Part shown: in pieces, positions 62,093 through 64,000 of the stretch
Layout of the letters: the number at the start of each line of letters is the position of its first letter
Position numbering within the stretch: position 1 is the first letter of the stretch
Source of the DNA: an uncultured delta proteobacterium
Lineage (GTDB): Bacteria > Desulfobacterota > Desulfomonilia > Desulfomonilales > Desulfomonilaceae
Length of the DNA: 64,000 nucleotides
Assembly (NCBI GenBank): GCA_963789265.1
Contig: CAWBKB010000005.1
Location: 320,001 to 384,000, forward strand
Direction: 5' to 3'
The notes under the pieces: model-generated
Database searches by the model: none
Told to the model about the DNA's origin: nothing
The model's input: the letters and a program-made list of their open reading frames with translations, nothing else
Position numbers and translations under genes: made by a program

Positions 62093-63388
62093 CTACACTT
62101 CTATTGCCTCTTTTGTCAAGGGGTTAGTCTCACGCGAAAGTGATTTTTTTGCCTTCCGCTCAGATTTTGCGTACTCCTTGCGTACCTTTTCCTTATCACG
62201 TTCCAACAACACCTCTTCGACAAAATCCAACTCTGTCCAGCCGTTGTCAAAGGTCATTTCATCCGCGGCTTTTAGGAGTTGTTCATCTGATGCCCTAATA
62301 TAGCGGTCTTCAACAGACCTCTGAGATGAATGACCGACAATGAGATTCCTGATCGTATAGTCCATACCTGACCGCTGGGCGTTGGTTTTCCAAGAGTGCC
62401 GAATATCTCTAATCTGTAGTCCTTCGAGCCCAGACAATTCCACAGCCCGTGACCACGCCTTACGAATCATAAAACGGTCAATCGGCTTTCCTTGGTAAGT
62501 GCCGCAATGATTTTTGTATTGACCCGAATAAGTGAAAACAAGACCCGTAGCACGGATGACGTTTTCGCTATCTTCCCTACGAATCGACTCAAACAAGTCC
62601 ATAATCTCTTTTCTCAGAGGCACTCGTTTGGGTTGTAGTCTCAGCCTCTTGGCACTCTTGCCCTCTTTGGTAGCATTTGGGGGTAATATAACCATCCGAC
62701 GCTCGGGCTTAAACATCTCCCATTTCACATTCACCACCTCGCCGAACCTCATCCCCGTGTAGTACATCACAGTAACTATGTCCTTGAGCCACGATGAGTG
62801 CTGTAACAGGAGCCTGAAATCCTTCCAAGAGACGTAATTGTCCCGCTGCGTTTCGGGTAGCCGGCCAATCATCCGGCAGGGATTAAAGTCAAGATTTTCT
62901 AATTCCACCTGAACCCGAAATATTCCTGACAGCGCTGAGAGCTCTCTGTTGACCGTAGCATTCTGAACCTTCTCCAAGCGAGATTTACGATACTGCTTTA
63001 TCTGGGGGACCTTGATTTCGACGAGGGGGCACCCACTGCCAAAGTATTCGACCAGACGGTCAATGGCATAAACGTTCCTCTCTCGCCCATGCTTTTCGTC
63101 TGCATCCAGATATGCCTTAATCGCTTTCACGAGGGTCAACTCCTCCTCGGGTACAGGAACCTGAAGTTCGGGTGGCAACCTCCATCCCTTGTTTTTAAAA
63201 GTACGCAAAACAAAGTCCAGTTCCTCTGGGTTAAGATGGTCAAAACGGTAAATCCTGAAAGCAGTTCTCACGGCTTTGTCTATTCGCTTGGCCGCGGTCT
63301 CATTTCGAGCGGTCGTCACCGTCCTGATTGGATGTCCTTGCCATTTGAAGTATACATAGAACCGCTCTCCTATTCTCATTACTGCCAC
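62093..63388 (-). CDS. Tyrosine recombinase/integrase
   Basis: NATVNREL, YTGMRFGE, RDIRHSW, VGHS and catalytic Tyr in EDRY; N-terminal arm-binding-like region. Confidence 0.93.
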   Translation of the reverse strand: MAVMRIGERFYVYFKWQGHPIRTVTTARNETAAKRIDKAVRTAFRIYRFDHLNPEELDFVLRTFKNKGWRLPPELQVPVPEEELTLVKAIKAYLDADEKHGRERNVYAIDRLVEYFGSGCPLVEIKVPQIKQYRKSRLEKVQNATVNRELSALSGIFRVQVELENLDFNPCRMIGRLPETQRDNYVSWKDFRLLLQHSSWLKDIVTVMYYTGMRFGEVVNVKWEMFKPERRMVILPPNATKEGKSAKRLRLQPKRVPLRKEIMDLFESIRREDSENVIRATGLVFTYSGQYKNHCGTYQGKPIDRFMIRKAWSRAVELSGLEGLQIRDIRHSWKTNAQRSGMDYTIRNLIVGHSSQRSVEDRYIRASDEQLLKAADEMTFDNGWTELDFVEEVLLERDKEKVRKEYAKSERKAKKSLSRETNPLTKEAIEV

Positions 63389-63702
63389 GACAAGACCTCC
63401 TTACGAAGGTCGCTCCACAATTCCCCTGAAGTTTTCTTATCGCCTCCCTTCTTGGTTTTTAGGCTGGTCATCTTGTAACCAGCGCCTATGTGATTCACGG
63501 GTGGGGATTCTACCTTAAAAGTCTTGCCGGCCACAAATCTATTAAGCGCCTCGGCGGTAAAAAGAACCACCTTGGCGGAAATCCTAACACATTCAATTTT
63601 GCCTTCTCGTGCCCATCTCAATATCGTTCTCTTCGTGATTTTCAGCTTTGACGCGGCTTTATCTGCGCTCAACAGCTCCTTTCCTGTTTCCTTGTTTATC
63701 AT
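63379..63702 (-). CDS. Excisionase-like helix-turn-helix protein
   Basis: LLSADKAASKLKITKRTILRWAREGKI HTH_17 pattern; overlaps the integrase start; GGAGG RBS. Confidence 0.8.
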   Translation of the reverse strand: MINKETGKELLSADKAASKLKITKRTILRWAREGKIECVRISAKVVLFTAEALNRFVAGKTFKVESPPVNHIGAGYKMTSLKTKKGGDKKTSGELWSDLRKEVLSWQ

Positions 63703-64000
63703 TCATCCTGTCCTCCACAATAAAACCGGCTGCTAATGCAGCTTCGTTGCGGGACTACACCCGCCTTGTGCCCCAATGCCAGTACTGTAGGTGTAGCAGC
63801 TCAGGGCAGTGCGCCGGGAATGCGATTCGATGAAAGAGCCTCACCTCATAATGGTGTCGAGCCCTCCCTATCGCATATCCATTCAGCACTTAACCCACAC
63901 AGATTCAGTGCGGGCTTGTTTTTTCTTGCCCGACCCGTTCGTAGCAGAGCAGGCTACAACGTTACACGGGACCTTAAAATCATGCCTTTCCCATCCTGCT

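Noticed and set aside
1..64000. CRISPR array or rRNA
   Set aside because: No regularly spaced repeat-spacer series and no rRNA-like sequence seen.

Overview
Bacterial chromosome segment, probably from an anaerobic Desulfobacterota (Desulfomonile-like by gene content; inferred, not searched). The left part (1-33.5 kb) is mostly core and envelope genes: the 5' part of leuS, a nucleotide-sugar dehydrogenase, gmhB, rplM-rpsI, a sirtuin, a large exported TPR-CHAT protease, lgt, trmJ and glycosyltransferases. It also holds a putative zinc-uptake locus (porin, small exported proteins, a ribbon-helix-helix/Cys-His regulator, znuA-C-B). Both promoters of that locus carry GTAATA-type repeats with a 10-bp period. 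From 33.7 to 43.2 kb lies a TetR-linked catabolic operon with three 8-3-8 operator copies. It encodes a PadBCD-like molybdoenzyme, a LeuCD-like hydratase, a lactonase and an ICL/PEP-mutase-family lyase. From 43.2 to 64 kb is an integration hotspot around tRNA-Val(CAC): an xis remnant, a duplicated tRNA 3' end at 48525, a MazF-type toxin-antitoxin pair, an intact ISKra4-family IS with a 9-bp target duplication, an IclR/2-oxoacid:ferredoxin oxidoreductase/UxaA cassette, and an int-xis module upstream of the tRNA that appears to supply its promoter. A 19-bp mini-palindrome sits inside three unrelated REP-like repeats. About a dozen frameshifts in otherwise intact genes are most likely sequencing indels.
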